Of a stretch of DNA of 64,000 nt, positions 9,543 through 21,072 are shown piece after piece. Source of the DNA: Rhodobacteraceae bacterium UBA7436 (GTDB taxonomy: Bacteria > Pseudomonadota > Alphaproteobacteria > Rhodobacterales > Rhodobacteraceae); the NCBI GenBank assembly GCA_002478745.1, contig DLQI01000065.1, positions 10,574 to 74,573 on the forward strand. The letters are read 5' to 3'. Within the stretch, counting starts at the first letter, position 1; every line of letters begins with the position of its first letter. Under the pieces are notes generated by a model that had not been told where the DNA came from, did no database searches, and saw only the letters and a list, made by a program, of their open reading frames with translations. The translations under genes were made by a program, and so were the position numbers.

Positions 9543-11489
9543 ATGGCATCAGTCTCCCTTACCTTTCCCGACGGCAATGCACGCGAATATGACGCTGGCG
9601 TCACAGCAGCAGCAGTTGCCGAAAGCATCTCAAAATCCCTCGCTAAAAAGGCGATCAGCGCCACAGTGAACGGCGAACATTGGGACCTGCAATGGCCAAT
9701 CAATGAGAACGCCACCATCGCTCTGCACACCATGCAAGACGATGAGCAAGCCAATGAACTAGTGCGCCACGATCTGGCCCACATCATGGCCCGCGCTGTG
9801 CAAGAGATTTGGCCCGATACCAAAGTGACCATCGGTCCTGTGATCAAAAACGGTTGGTACTATGACTTTGATCGCAAAGAGTCATTTACCCCTGAAGACC
9901 TGATCACCATCGAAAAAAAGATGAAAGAGATTGTCAACAAACGCGACGCCGTGCGCACCGAAGTCTGGGAGCGCGATGTTGCGATCAAATACTACGAAGA
10001 TCGCGGCGAGCCTTACAAAGTTGAATTGATTGAAGGTATCCCAGGGGATGAACCGCTGCGCATGTATTGGCACGGCGAATGGCAGGACCTGTGCCGTGGC
10101 CCACACTTGCAACACACTGGTCAAGTGCCCGGTGACGGCTTCAAACTGATGTCCATCGCAGGTGCCTACTGGCGCGGTGATAGCGACCGCGAAATGCTGC
10201 AACGCATCTACGGCGTGGCCTTCACCGGCAAGGAAAAGCTCAAAGCACACCTGAACATGCTGGAAGAAGCCGCTAAACGCGACCACCGTAAGTTGGGCCG
10301 CGAAATGGACCTGTTCCACATGCAAGAAGAAGCCCCGGGCCAAGTATTTTGGCATCCAAACGGCTGGCGCATCTATACAGAGCTACAAGACTACATGCGT
10401 CGCCGTCAGCGCGCAGGTGGCTATGTTGAGGTGAACACACCACAAGTAGTGAATCGTCAGCTGTGGGAAAAATCCGGCCACTGGGAAAGCTACCAAGAGA
10501 ACATGTTCATCGTTGAAGTGGACGAAGATCATGCACGTGAAAAAACTGTCAACGCACTCAAACCAATGAACTGTCCATGCCACGTTCAGGTCTTCAACCA
10601 AGGTATGAAATCCTATCGCGATTTGCCTTTGCGCATGGCCGAATTTGGGTCATGCAACCGTTATGAGCCATCAGGTGCCTTGCACGGTATCATGCGCGTA
10701 CGTGGGTTCACCCAAGATGACGGGCATATTTTCTGTACTGAAGAGCAAATCGAAACAGAGACAAAGATCTTCATTGAATTCCTGTCAGAGATTTACGCCG
10801 AATTGGGATTCACCAATTGGGCCATCAAATTGTCCACCCGCCCTGAAAAGCGGATTGGTTCTGATGAAATCTGGGACCAGTTGGAGACAGCACTTGGCAA
10901 CGCCTGTAAAGCGGCCGGATACGAATACGAAATCCAAGAAGGCGAAGGCGCTTTTTACGGCCCTAAGCTTGAGTTCGTTTTGACCGATGCGATCGGACGT
11001 GACTGGCAGTGTGGTACATTGCAGGTCGACAGCAACATGCCAGAGCGCCTTGATGCGTCATACGTTGGCCAAGATGGCAACAAACACCAGCCATTCATGT
11101 TGCACCGCGCAACACTGGGATCGTTCGAGCGTTTCATTGGTATTTTGATCGAAGAGCACGCTGGTAAGTTACCGTTCTGGTTGGCCCCGCGTCAGGTTGT
11201 TGTGGCCTCTATTATCTCAGATGCGGACGACTATGTGCATGAAGTTGTTGCAGCGTTAAATGCTTCGGGTGTGCGTGCAGAAGCCGACGTTCGCAATGAA
11301 AAGATCAACTATAAGGTCCGTGAACACTCGGTTGGAAAAGTGCCTGTGATCTTAGCGGTTGGCGCACGTGAAGTCGAAGAACGTACGATAACGGTACGTC
11401 GACTGGGTGAGAAACAGACATCGGTTCAGACATTTGATGATGTCAAAGCTGCATTGGCTGTTGAATCAACACCGCCAGATTTGCGCTAA
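9543..11489 (+). CDS. thrS: threonine--tRNA ligase
   Basis: TGS domain, [42 protein letters not shown]. Confidence 0.98.
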   Translation: MASVSLTFPDGNAREYDAGVTAAAVAESISKSLAKKAISATVNGEHWDLQWPINENATIALHTMQDDEQANELVRHDLAHIMARAVQEIWPDTKVTIGPVIKNGWYYDFDRKESFTPEDLITIEKKMKEIVNKRDAVRTEVWERDVAIKYYEDRGEPYKVELIEGIPGDEPLRMYWHGEWQDLCRGPHLQHTGQVPGDGFKLMSIAGAYWRGDSDREMLQRIYGVAFTGKEKLKAHLNMLEEAAKRDHRKLGREMDLFHMQEEAPGQVFWHPNGWRIYTELQDYMRRRQRAGGYVEVNTPQVVNRQLWEKSGHWESYQENMFIVEVDEDHAREKTVNALKPMNCPCHVQVFNQGMKSYRDLPLRMAEFGSCNRYEPSGALHGIMRVRGFTQDDGHIFCTEEQIETETKIFIEFLSEIYAELGFTNWAIKLSTRPEKRIGSDEIWDQLETALGNACKAAGYEYEIQEGEGAFYGPKLEFVLTDAIGRDWQCGTLQVDSNMPERLDASYVGQDGNKHQPFMLHRATLGSFERFIGILIEEHAGKLPFWLAPRQVVVASIISDADDYVHEVVAALNASGVRAEADVRNEKINYKVREHSVGKVPVILAVGAREVEERTITVRRLGEKQTSVQTFDDVKAALAVESTPPDLR

Positions 11490-11506
11490 TCCCTACCCAA
11501 AAACCC

Positions 11507-11539
11507 AAAGCGCCCCGCTGATTTTCTAGCGGGGCGTTT
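11507..11539 (+). terminator. rho-independent terminator after thrS
   Basis: Stem CGCCCCGCT(11511-11519)/AGCGGGGCG(11528-11536) followed by TTT. Confidence 0.8.
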
Positions 11540-11657
11540 CAATTGCCTCGTACCCTTAGCTATAAATGATGGCTTAAGCGAAAGTCGGCAATAAGCCCAA
11601 AGTATATTTTCAATAGCTACATAATGAAGATGTAACTTATCATATCGGGTACTTTAC

Positions 11658-11918
11658 TTACTTCCGCTTCTTAGCACAATTTGGGAAAAACGTGGTTTCC
11701 AAATCAATAGGGCTCCTCGAGCCTGAATAAGCTCGAACTATGTTAACAACTAGCTCCCAAACTGTGTCAACACTGCCGTCTTCTGGCATCTTCTTTTTTA
11801 CGAGCTCGTAAAGATCACCAACGCTAACAAGGCTTTGTGCTTCGATGTCGTTTATCTCAAATCTAAACGCTTCTTCAATTTCTTTCAGCATCTCAACATC
11901 ATCTAGGTCATCACTCAA
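11658..11918 (-). CDS. acyl-carrier-protein-like hypothetical protein, AT-rich
   Basis: DLDDVEML.EIEEAF.FEI.D.EA..L.SVGDL resembles ACP helices II-IV; TTG start uncertain. Confidence 0.6.
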   Translation of the reverse strand: MSDDLDDVEMLKEIEEAFRFEINDIEAQSLVSVGDLYELVKKKMPEDGSVDTVWELVVNIVRAYSGSRSPIDLETTFFPNCAKKRK

Positions 11919-12084
11919 GTCACTGTATTCAATCTCTCACTTACTTTGTAACGACCAAACGGCCACATTATAGAACCTCCAAATTGAATGAAGCGAAGCA
12001 TAGCCGCTAATTGGCCAGCGTTAAACTCCAGCATTTTGGCGAACGGCTGCTCCCTCCGCAAAGCAGCCCACATCCAAAAAAGCT

Positions 12085-12399
12085 TCACCCCAACAAAACC
12101 GCCTGAACATCCTTCGTCCAACCCAAATGCATCTTATCGCCTTCCACAATCAGCGGGCGCTTCATCAACGCCGGATGCTGCGCGATCAAATCAAGCGGCG
12201 CACCTAAGCGCTCGTCTTCAGACAATCCACGCCAAGTGGTTGAGCGCGTGTTCAACAATGCGGCGCCAAATTGAGCGAAGGCCAATTCCATAACTTCAGC
12301 AGGCACACCATCAGAACGGACATCAACCAATTCCGCATGAGCCAACGCCTTCAGAGCTTTGCGGCAAGTATCACAATTTTTTAAGCCATATATCTTCAT
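12085..12399 (-). CDS. ArsC/Spx/MgsR family protein
   Basis: MKIYGLKNCDTCRKA, LLNTRSTTWR, LMKRP. Confidence 0.9.
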   Translation of the reverse strand: MKIYGLKNCDTCRKALKALAHAELVDVRSDGVPAEVMELAFAQFGAALLNTRSTTWRGLSEDERLGAPLDLIAQHPALMKRPLIVEGDKMHLGWTKDVQAVLLG

Positions 12400-12580
12400 G
12401 ATATTCCTCATTGTTTCCTAATACTTAGCTTGATCACTTGCGAACATCACGCAGTTTTTCTTGATTTTAAGTCTAATCGAACAAAATATACGCTAGGGAG
12501 TGGATGGTATATTGCCTTCCCGATTACCCGAAGCAAGACCCGTATTATGGGTGAATATTGACTATAAGGAGGCGTTAAAT

Positions 12581-12787
12581 ATGCCGAATGGTACCGTAAA
12601 ATGGTTTAACACCACAAAAGGATTTGGGTTTATTGCACCCGATGATGGCGGAAGCGATGTATTTGTCCACATCTCAGCTATTGAACAATCAGGGCTGACA
12701 GGCCTAAGCGACAATCAGAAAGTCAGCTTTGGCCTCGTCGAAGGCCGTGATGGGCGCCAAATGGCAAGCGATATCACGCCTCTTTAA
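12581..12787 (+). CDS. cspA: cold-shock protein
   Basis: GTVKWFN..KGFGFI, DVFVHISA RNP motifs; AAGGAGG RBS before ATG 12581. Confidence 0.95.
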   Translation: MPNGTVKWFNTTKGFGFIAPDDGGSDVFVHISAIEQSGLTGLSDNQKVSFGLVEGRDGRQMASDITPL

Positions 12788-12790
12788 AAC

Positions 12791-12827
12791 AAAAACCGGC
12801 GCGAAGGTTCCCCAACGCGCCGGTCTT
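12791..12827. terminator. probable bidirectional terminator
   Basis: AAAA-ACCGGCGCG(12795-12803)...CGCGCCGGT(12816-12824)-CTT between convergent genes. Confidence 0.75.
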
Positions 12828-12853
12828 GAAAACTTAAATACGTGACCCTTGGA

Positions 12854-13219
12854 TCAATCGTAAGTGCAGCCCTTAGTGCCAACTTGGCATGCCGCTTGGC
12901 GACGCTTTACAGCTTTACGAGGCGCAGCCGGTGTCATCTTGGCCTGCTGATAAGACATGTTCTGGTTCGGCACGCCGCAGCATACAACGCCAGAAATTGT
13001 CACTGGCTGAAGACCCGCTGGGCAAAAGTTCTCACCGTGGTGGGGATAAATTTTAGCCCCTTAGGAAGAAGCCTGTGCGGCGTAGCTGCCGCTTGTCACT
13101 GTCACATTTGTCAGAACAATTTGAGTCACTGAAACGGATGTATAGTCCTGTGCCAATGTTGGGGCGGTGCCCGCCATCAGAAGGCCAAAACCCGCCGCCA
13201 GAATAATTTTAAAACGCAT
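12854..13219 (-). pseudogene. secreted Cys-rich small protein interrupted by in-frame TAA at 13061-13063
   Basis: Signal peptide MRFKIILAAG...TLA; frame continues after the stop as GAKIYPHHGENFCPAGLQPVTISGVVCCGVPNQ...CQVGTKGCTYD-TGA. Confidence 0.75.
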
Positions 13220-13495
13220 ATCTTCCCTCATTTTCGGACAACTGCCACTATACCTAGTCAAGTATTGCCTGATGAATATGGCCCAAGTCTAGCGTTTTCT
13301 CGTATTAGGCGACTGTTGTTGCCCATATGAATCAGGTGATTGGTGGATAGCTGCAGGCATTGGCTCTCCGTTTTCACCACATCGGCCGTTTGAAACCTAC
13401 AAATCGGTGGAATGTTTCTCTTCACGATCTTCCGACGGTGCCCCGAACCAATTCATAACAAATACGTTTCATGCAGCCATGGAGGGCCTATAGCC

Positions 13496-13972
13496 TTAAA
13501 TGCGCACCCATTCTCCAGCGATGCAGCGTGGCTCGTCTGTTCTGATTTCGGTTTGCGTATTCAGGCGCCATTCAGCTCCATCAAAGGGCGGAAAGAACGT
13601 GTCTGCCTCTTCGACTTCAAGATTGACCTCTGTCAGGCATAACCGATCCGCGATTGGCAACATCGCAGCATATATCCCTGCCCCACCCACGCCATAGATG
13701 CGATGATAACCGAGGGTGGTCGCAAGCGTGATTGCCTCGTCCACGGACCCAACGCAATGCTCTGCCGCACACCCTTTGGACGTCACTACGATGTTCAGTC
13801 GGTTTTTCAGCGGCGCATGAGGCAGGCTGTCCCACGTGTTGCGTCCCATGATCATCGCCCCGCCCATGGTTTCGCGCATGAAGTACTTCAAATCCTCGGG
13901 CAAGTGCCACGGCATGTCGCCATCCTTGCCGATCACGTTTCCACGAGCGCGTGCCGCGATTAACGTAATCAT
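13496..13972 (-). CDS. folA: dihydrofolate reductase
   Basis: [38 protein letters not shown]. Confidence 0.95.
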   Translation of the reverse strand: MITLIAARARGNVIGKDGDMPWHLPEDLKYFMRETMGGAMIMGRNTWDSLPHAPLKNRLNIVVTSKGCAAEHCVGSVDEAITLATTLGYHRIYGVGGAGIYAAMLPIADRLCLTEVNLEVEEADTFFPPFDGAEWRLNTQTEIRTDEPRCIAGEWVRI

Positions 13973-14766
13973 ACTGCCACAGCCCCCTTGATCAGCGGGT
14001 CAGGATCGTAGCCCGTCAATTCAAAATCTTCGAATTTAAAGTCGAAGATAGATGCCACGTCCCGCTTGATCCGCATGGTTGGTAGCGGTTTAGGCTTGCG
14101 CGATAGTTGCAATTCAACCTGGTCCATATGATTTGAGTAGACATGTGCGTCTCCCAACGTGTGGATGAAATCACCTGCTTCGTAACCCGTCACATGTGCC
14201 AACATTTGCAAAAGCAATGCATAAGAGGCGATATTGAATGGCACTCCAAGGAACATATCGGCAGAGCGCTGATACAGTTGCAAATGCATCTTTTTGCCGA
14301 TGATTTTAACTTGCCACATGGTGTGACAAGGCGGCAGAGCCATTTCGCCAATTTCACCCGGGTTCCACGCCGATACGATAAGACGGCGGCTGTCCGGCGT
14401 GGCTTTGATGTTGGCTATCAATTCTTCGATTTGATCGACTGAACCGCGTTCGCTGAAGGCCGGAAATGCACGCCACTGCTTGCCATATACGGGCCCAAGG
14501 TCACCGTTTTCATCGGCCCACTCATCCCAAATACGCACACCATTTTCCTTCAGATACCGGATATTTGTATCGCCTGTTAGGAACCACAACAACTCGTGAA
14601 TGATCGACTTTAAATGAACTTTTTTTGTTGTAACCAACGGAAAACCGTCCGAAAGTGGATAGCGCATTTGCATTCCAAAATGTGACGTGGTCCCTGTACC
14701 AGTACGGTCGGTCGTGACTTCGCCCAGTTCCAAAATCTCGCGCAATGCGGCGTGGTATTGTTTCAT
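13969..14766 (-). CDS. thyA: thymidylate synthase
   Basis: [41 protein letters not shown]; start MKQYH at 14766. Confidence 0.97.
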   Translation of the reverse strand: MKQYHAALREILELGEVTTDRTGTGTTSHFGMQMRYPLSDGFPLVTTKKVHLKSIIHELLWFLTGDTNIRYLKENGVRIWDEWADENGDLGPVYGKQWRAFPAFSERGSVDQIEELIANIKATPDSRRLIVSAWNPGEIGEMALPPCHTMWQVKIIGKKMHLQLYQRSADMFLGVPFNIASYALLLQMLAHVTGYEAGDFIHTLGDAHVYSNHMDQVELQLSRKPKPLPTMRIKRDVASIFDFKFEDFELTGYDPDPLIKGAVAV

Positions 14767-14998
14767 GCTGGTCTCCGGCACGTTGGCCTTTACGCTGATC
14801 GCAAAGGTACAGAATCTAACAGTCGTCACCTTATATAGCGCTGCAGGTTTTTTGAACCGCTATATCATGGTCGTTATTTAGTCACGGTTGCGCCTTAGAA
14901 ACACCTCCCAAAGCCAAGTGATCGTTGGATTTTCCGACAGACAAGCCGATCTAAAGCTTAAAAGGCAATTATTTCGGGACCAAAAGAGGTTCGGCGGT

Positions 14999-15360
14999 AT
15001 GAAAAATCCACAAGCGTTTGCGCTTTGGCGCTGGTTGTAGGGGCATGCGGTGGCAGCGGAACTAATACATTCAATGATGACCCTCGATATCTTGGGCTAG
15101 GCAATATCGTTCTTGTTGAAGGTACTTTAGCAGACGATGGTTCATTCGCGGGTAAGATCGAAAATGAAGGAAATACTCTGACAATCGGTGACTTTGCTGG
15201 GATCATTGGTGGTGATGCCGGTCAGGCTTTGGCTGGTGGAACGCGGTTTGAAACCTTCACCGATGCCTACGAAAATGAAATCGAATACGGTGTATTTGTT
15301 TTAGATATTTGCGAAGTAGGTGATACCGGCACAATTTGCACAAACTCGCTACCAGATTAA
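14999..15360 (+). pseudogene. small lipoprotein, putative Slam/T11SS cargo; frameshift in A-run right after the ATG
   Basis: AAGAGG RBS, then ATGAAAAATCC; adding one A gives MKKSTSVCALALVVGA-C lipobox in frame with ORF 15025..15360. Confidence 0.6.
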
Positions 15361-15375
15361 GCAAGGGGCGACAAA

Positions 15376-16781
15376 ATGTTCCAGCACAAGCTGAGTGCCA
15401 CACTCACCGCTCTTTGCTTTACTGTGATGCATGCCCCGACAGCGACAGCTCAATCAGATACACTAGAATTTTCGGTCCAGGACGCACGTCAAATAGCGTT
15501 GCGGGCCCTCGACGTCGATGAATTCGAGCTGGCCCGCAAACTCGCGATGGGTCTATTGCTAGCGGATGCAACGGATTCACATGCTTATACAATACTGATG
15601 CAAGCCCATGCTCAGCTAGGCCATCCCAAATTGGCCAAGGCAGCCGCCCGACTAGCCTATCAATATAGCGATGGAAAAGTTGAGTCCTTTTCTGCTGCAC
15701 TCAATGCCGGATCGCTCGCTTTTCATAACCAAAAATACAATGCCGCCCAATTTTGGTTGCGCCGCGCTGCAAACCACGAGCCCGATGAAAAAAGCGCAAA
15801 AGTGCTTGCAGCTGATTACGCCAAGGTTCGCGCGGCAAATCCTCTTAGCTTTAGCATTAACGTTTCGGCCTCGCCCTCTGACAACCTAAACAACGGGCAA
15901 ATTCATCAGAAAATCTGGTCAATGGAACCCCGCAACTGGGGTATATCAATGCCTCCAGCAGAGCACTTTCTGGCATTGTGGCGACAACAGACCTGCAATT
16001 GCGATACAGGTTGAACCAGAACGCAAACTCTAGAACAGATGCGCGTGCGCGGGTTTATGTAAACACGGTGTCGCTTTCCTCTGAGGCGCGTGCGCTGATG
16101 GCTTCGGATCCATTTTCACGTCAATTGAAAAAATCTGATCTTGGCTCCACATATGCAGATATCGGCATCGATCACCGCTTTGCGTTGGGGACAGCAGGCG
16201 CGGTTGCTACACTTTCGGCCAAGCTGGGAAATACTTGGTCCGGCCAAAATAAAAACTATACCTTTGGCCAAGTTGGTTTCAGCCCTAGTTTCAGATTAGC
16301 GCCAAAAACGCGGTTGTCCTTGGGCACTCTGGTTGAGCAACGGTGGTCTGACATTGCGCCAAAATATGACCTGACGAGATCGCAAGTTTCGGCCACACTG
16401 CACCACCGCATAGACAATGGGGATCATCTAAGTTTTGGACTCAGTCTGCAGGACATCTCGAGCGATGAACGTAACATTTCAAATCAATCTGCAGTCGCCA
16501 ACATTAACTACAGTTTTGCAAAGCCACTTGCATCGATAAAAGTAAGCACCGGATTGTCACTAGGCTATACACACTATGACGGGTATTCCATATCTGGACC
16601 CGTTGAAGGTGGTCGAAGCGATATGTCTGTGACCGGGAATGTGACCATGGTCTTCACAAAGCTGGATGTTGCTGGGTTTGTCCCATCGGTTCAAGTTCAA
16701 ACAAGTCGCAAATCATCCAACATCAGCCGTTTCAACAGCAACGAAATGTCAGTATCTCTGAGCATACAATCAAAATTCTAA
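15376..16781 (+). pseudogene. surface lipoprotein assembly modifier (Slam/DUF560, T11SS), frameshifted near 15895
   Basis: Signal peptide + TPR-like helices + SASPSDNLNNG barrel-start motif in ORF1; amphipathic beta strands ending in Phe (SIQSKF) in ORF2; one extra G at GGG 15895-15897 joins them into 468 aa. Confidence 0.75.
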
Positions 16782-16842
16782 GTGATGACTGGTATACTTT
16801 GATCCCCGTGCTAACCTGTGTCCAAACAACACAAAGGAAAGC

Positions 16843-17274
16843 ATGATGCCTCTTAAATACCTCCATACAATGATACGCGTTGCCAACCTTGAAAAGACGA
16901 TCGCCTTTTTTGAACTTCTGGGGATGAAAGAAACGCGCCGGCATGAAAGCGAGGGTGGGCGTTTTTCGTTGATATTCATGGCAGCTCCTGGGAATGAAGA
17001 CTGCCCAGTCGAGCTTACTTACAATTGGGACGGCGATGACGGGCTTCCATCCGACAGCCGCCATTTTGGCCACCTCGCCTATGCTGTCGATGATATTTAT
17101 GAAACATGCCAAACCTTGATGGACAACGGGGTCACAATTAATCGCCCCCCGCGCGACGGCTACATGGCGTTCATCCGCACCCCAGACAACGTATCGATTG
17201 AATTACTTCAGGCAGGCGAGCGATTGGCCCCAGCAGAGCCATGGGCTAGCATGGAGAACACGGGGCACTGGTGA
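16843..17274 (+). CDS. gloA: lactoylglutathione lyase (glyoxalase I)
   Basis: YLHTMIRV, ELTYNWD, FGHLA, INRPPRDG.MAF..PDN.SIELLQ. Confidence 0.92.
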   Translation: MMPLKYLHTMIRVANLEKTIAFFELLGMKETRRHESEGGRFSLIFMAAPGNEDCPVELTYNWDGDDGLPSDSRHFGHLAYAVDDIYETCQTLMDNGVTINRPPRDGYMAFIRTPDNVSIELLQAGERLAPAEPWASMENTGHW

Positions 17275-17309
17275 TCTAATTTCAAGCGACGTTAGCCAAA
17301 GGGAAACTG

Positions 17310-18038
17310 ATGATGTTACGTTTTGTGCTTGTGACACTCCTAGCCCTTGGTGCTCTGCCCGCGCAGGCAATCGAATGTCGTTTGGCCCTTCTGCTGGCCA
17401 TGGATGTTTCCAGTTCGGTAGATGAGGCCGAAGATGCTTTGCAGCGCGGCGGTATGGTCGCCGCACTGACCGCACCTGAAGTCACCAGAGCATTCTTTTC
17501 CAGCGATTTGCCCGTCGCCTTGGCCGTTTACGAATGGTCTGGCCGTTACAACCAAAAAGTCTTGTTAGATTGGACGTTGATCAACAATCAAAGCGATCTA
17601 CTTTTCGCAGCTCAAACCCTTGCGGCTAGCGTTCGCAGTCAGACTGAATTCCCCACGGCAATGGGATACGCGTTAGGCTATGGTGCAGGCATGTTCAAAC
17701 GCGCCCCACCCTGCCTGCGTCAAATTTTGGATATGGCTGGCGATGGAGAGAACAACGAGGGATTTCCACCCTCTTCAGCCTACAAGGCGTTTCCCTTTGA
17801 TGCAGTTACAGTAAACGGATTGGTTATAAATGCTGCTGACTTTGAGGCCGAAACCAATCTGATCCCTTACTTCCAAAACGAGGTCATTCACGGCCCTGGT
17901 GCTTTTACCGAGGTCGCACAAGGGTTCGACGATTACGAACGCGCTATGCGGCGCAAACTAGAGCGCGAACTGGCAATGCAGGCCATCGGTGCACTCTACA
18001 AGCATCAAAGAGAGACCTCTATTTCACGTTTTAAATAG
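17310..18038 (+). CDS. DUF1194 (vWA-like) domain secreted protein
   Basis: Signal peptide; ALLLAMDVSSSVD MIDAS-like motif, DMAGDG.NNEG, VIHGPGAF. Confidence 0.85.
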   Translation: MMLRFVLVTLLALGALPAQAIECRLALLLAMDVSSSVDEAEDALQRGGMVAALTAPEVTRAFFSSDLPVALAVYEWSGRYNQKVLLDWTLINNQSDLLFAAQTLAASVRSQTEFPTAMGYALGYGAGMFKRAPPCLRQILDMAGDGENNEGFPPSSAYKAFPFDAVTVNGLVINAADFEAETNLIPYFQNEVIHGPGAFTEVAQGFDDYERAMRRKLERELAMQAIGALYKHQRETSISRFK

Positions 18039-18089
18039 CCGGAAAAAATACTATCGACACCCTTGCCGGTGCCACATTGCCTAGATCGA

Positions 18090-18599
18090 TCAATAGATGT
18101 AGCGGATTTGATCGGTCCAATATCTCTCGACCCGCTTCAACGATGAGGTAATATTTTCCAAACCTTCATGCCCTAAAACACCACGATTTTGCAATCCATC
18201 TGCATGGCGTTCAAACAATTCGGTCACCACTTTGCGAACTTGACGCCCTTGATCCGTCAACTTCACTCGAACCGACCGACGGTCAATTTTGCATCGCTGA
18301 TGGTGCATATAGCCCATTTCAACAAGATTCTTAAGGTTATAACTGACGTTGCTACCTTGATAATAGCCACGGCTTTTTAGCTCGCCCGCCGTCACCTCCA
18401 TTTCACCAATGTTGAATAGCAACATGGCTTGCACGGCATTAATTTCTAAAACGCCGACACGTTCAAATTCATCTTTGATGACGTCCAGTAACAATCGCTG
18501 CAATCGTTCTACCAACGACAACGCCTCTAAATACCCACCCATAAACCCCTTATCTTGGGGTATGCTCATGGACTGGGTCATAGGGTCTTGAATGCTCAT
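18090..18599 (-). CDS. MarR family transcriptional regulator (LdtR-like)
   Basis: ERLQRLLLDVIKDEF, INAVQAMLLFNIG, RGYYQGSNVSYNLK, DRRSVRVKLT. Confidence 0.88.
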   Translation of the reverse strand: MSIQDPMTQSMSIPQDKGFMGGYLEALSLVERLQRLLLDVIKDEFERVGVLEINAVQAMLLFNIGEMEVTAGELKSRGYYQGSNVSYNLKNLVEMGYMHHQRCKIDRRSVRVKLTDQGRQVRKVVTELFERHADGLQNRGVLGHEGLENITSSLKRVERYWTDQIRYIY

Positions 18600-18674
18600 T
18601 TATGTCTCCGTCTCAATCTGCTCTCTCACTGCAAACTGAGCCAAATTCACCAACAACCCGTTAAACGCTCAAGA

Positions 18675-18941
18675 TCAGCCCTTAACATCCTGCATTTGAA
18701 CAGAAATTTCCGCGAGCATCTGTATGAACTTATCCGGCGCAACAACCTGCCCCGTCACCCACTGATACAAATCTTGGTCATTTTCATCGAGCAAATTATC
18801 GTACAACGTGATTTTTGCCTCATCCATCATGGCCAAATTTTCAGTCGCATATGCAGAAAGAATAATGTCCATCTCTTTGATCCCGCGACGCATGGAACGC
18901 ATCGCAAGACGCTTGATACGGTGTTCTGGAAGCTCGGTCAT
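18675..18941 (-). CDS. sdhE: succinate dehydrogenase assembly factor 2 (flavinylation factor)
   Basis: RSMRRGIKEMD (RGxxE) motif, ENDQDLYQW. Confidence 0.9.
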   Translation of the reverse strand: MTELPEHRIKRLAMRSMRRGIKEMDIILSAYATENLAMMDEAKITLYDNLLDENDQDLYQWVTGQVVAPDKFIQMLAEISVQMQDVKG

Positions 18942-19345
18942 TCACCATTCTCCGACATAACAAGACGCAAACGTTTTTCCAAGCGCGCCATTTGCTCCGC
19001 GCGCGCAACCATGTCCGCACGCATCTCACGTAGCTCATTTAAAATTGCGCGCAAATCGGGTGTAACTTCACCAGTGTCTGGCGGAGAGTCCATGCCCTCG
19101 CCTTTGCCATTGATCAACCACATCATCGAAACATTTAGCAGGCCTGCCATCATCGACAATCGGTTCGCGCGTGGTTCAGATAAATCATCTTCCCAATTGC
19201 GTACTGTGCTGGTGCGCACACCCAATCGTCGTGCGAGATCCTTTTGGGTCAGGCCCGATTGTTCCCGCGCCGCAGCTACGCGGTCTCCAAAGGTTGCAGC
19301 ATCCTGGCTGTACCAATCAGACGTTTCATCTTGCGGGTTTGACAT
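18938..19345 (-). CDS. XRE family HTH transcriptional regulator
   Basis: FGDRVAAAREQSGLTQKDLARRLGV..WE.D.SEPRANRL; start MSNPQ at 19345. Confidence 0.88.
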   Translation of the reverse strand: MSNPQDETSDWYSQDAATFGDRVAAAREQSGLTQKDLARRLGVRTSTVRNWEDDLSEPRANRLSMMAGLLNVSMMWLINGKGEGMDSPPDTGEVTPDLRAILNELREMRADMVARAEQMARLEKRLRLVMSENGE

Positions 19346-19425
19346 TTGAGTATCCTTAATCGGGACATTTCCCGGCAATGCAGCTTGATCGGTTTGATCA
19401 GCACGCTTATTGAAGTCTTATTTAA

Positions 19426-20649
<1,224 letters not shown>

Positions 20650-20661
20650 TTGAGAAAAATT

Positions 20662-21063
20662 ATGGCTGGTGAATTACCTAACTACTACTTCCGTGTTCGT
20701 GAAAACGGTGCCGCCGTGTTTCGCGTAGACACAGAAAATCGTCAGCGACGTATTGAGATGGATCAAATTGCCATCATCAACATGCGCAATGGAGAGATCA
20801 AACCTCATGGTGAGCGCAGACTGTCCGAAGATGACCTTGCCAGAATTCACGGATGGATGGAGGAACGCGCTTCGATCCTTGCCAATCGCGACATTGACGA
20901 CATTCACCGCGCAGTTGATTATCTGAACCTCACGACCCAGTGGGTACAGTCTAAAGCCAACCCAGATCAGCTCGATATGGTAACGGATGCCTTGCTTCTC
21001 GCCATGCATGATTTGCGCAGCACTTTGGTGCGTAAAAAGGCTGATCAGTTGATGAAGGGCTAA
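20662..21063 (+). CDS. conserved hypothetical protein
   Basis: Clean ORF directly downstream of the aminotransferase; YYFRVRENGA.VFRVDTENRQRR. Confidence 0.75.
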   Translation: MAGELPNYYFRVRENGAAVFRVDTENRQRRIEMDQIAIINMRNGEIKPHGERRLSEDDLARIHGWMEERASILANRDIDDIHRAVDYLNLTTQWVQSKANPDQLDMVTDALLLAMHDLRSTLVRKKADQLMKG

Positions 21064-21072
21064 AGGTCGACC

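Noticed and set aside
8591-9847. 418-aa version of the alpha/beta hydrolase
   Set aside because: N-terminal extension is antisense to thrS and its promoter; real start at 9343
13260-13495. Possible gene remnant or sRNA downstream of folA
   Set aside because: No convincing frame, motif or stable structure seen
14958-14972. CtrA-like box TTAA-N7-TTAT (also TTAA-N7-TAAA at 50034-50048)
   Set aside because: Imperfect matches in AT-rich intergenic DNA; expected by chance
18555-19349. 264-aa plus-strand ORF, and similar long antisense ORFs (914..1783, 37485..38345)
   Set aside because: Shadows of well-supported genes on the opposite strand
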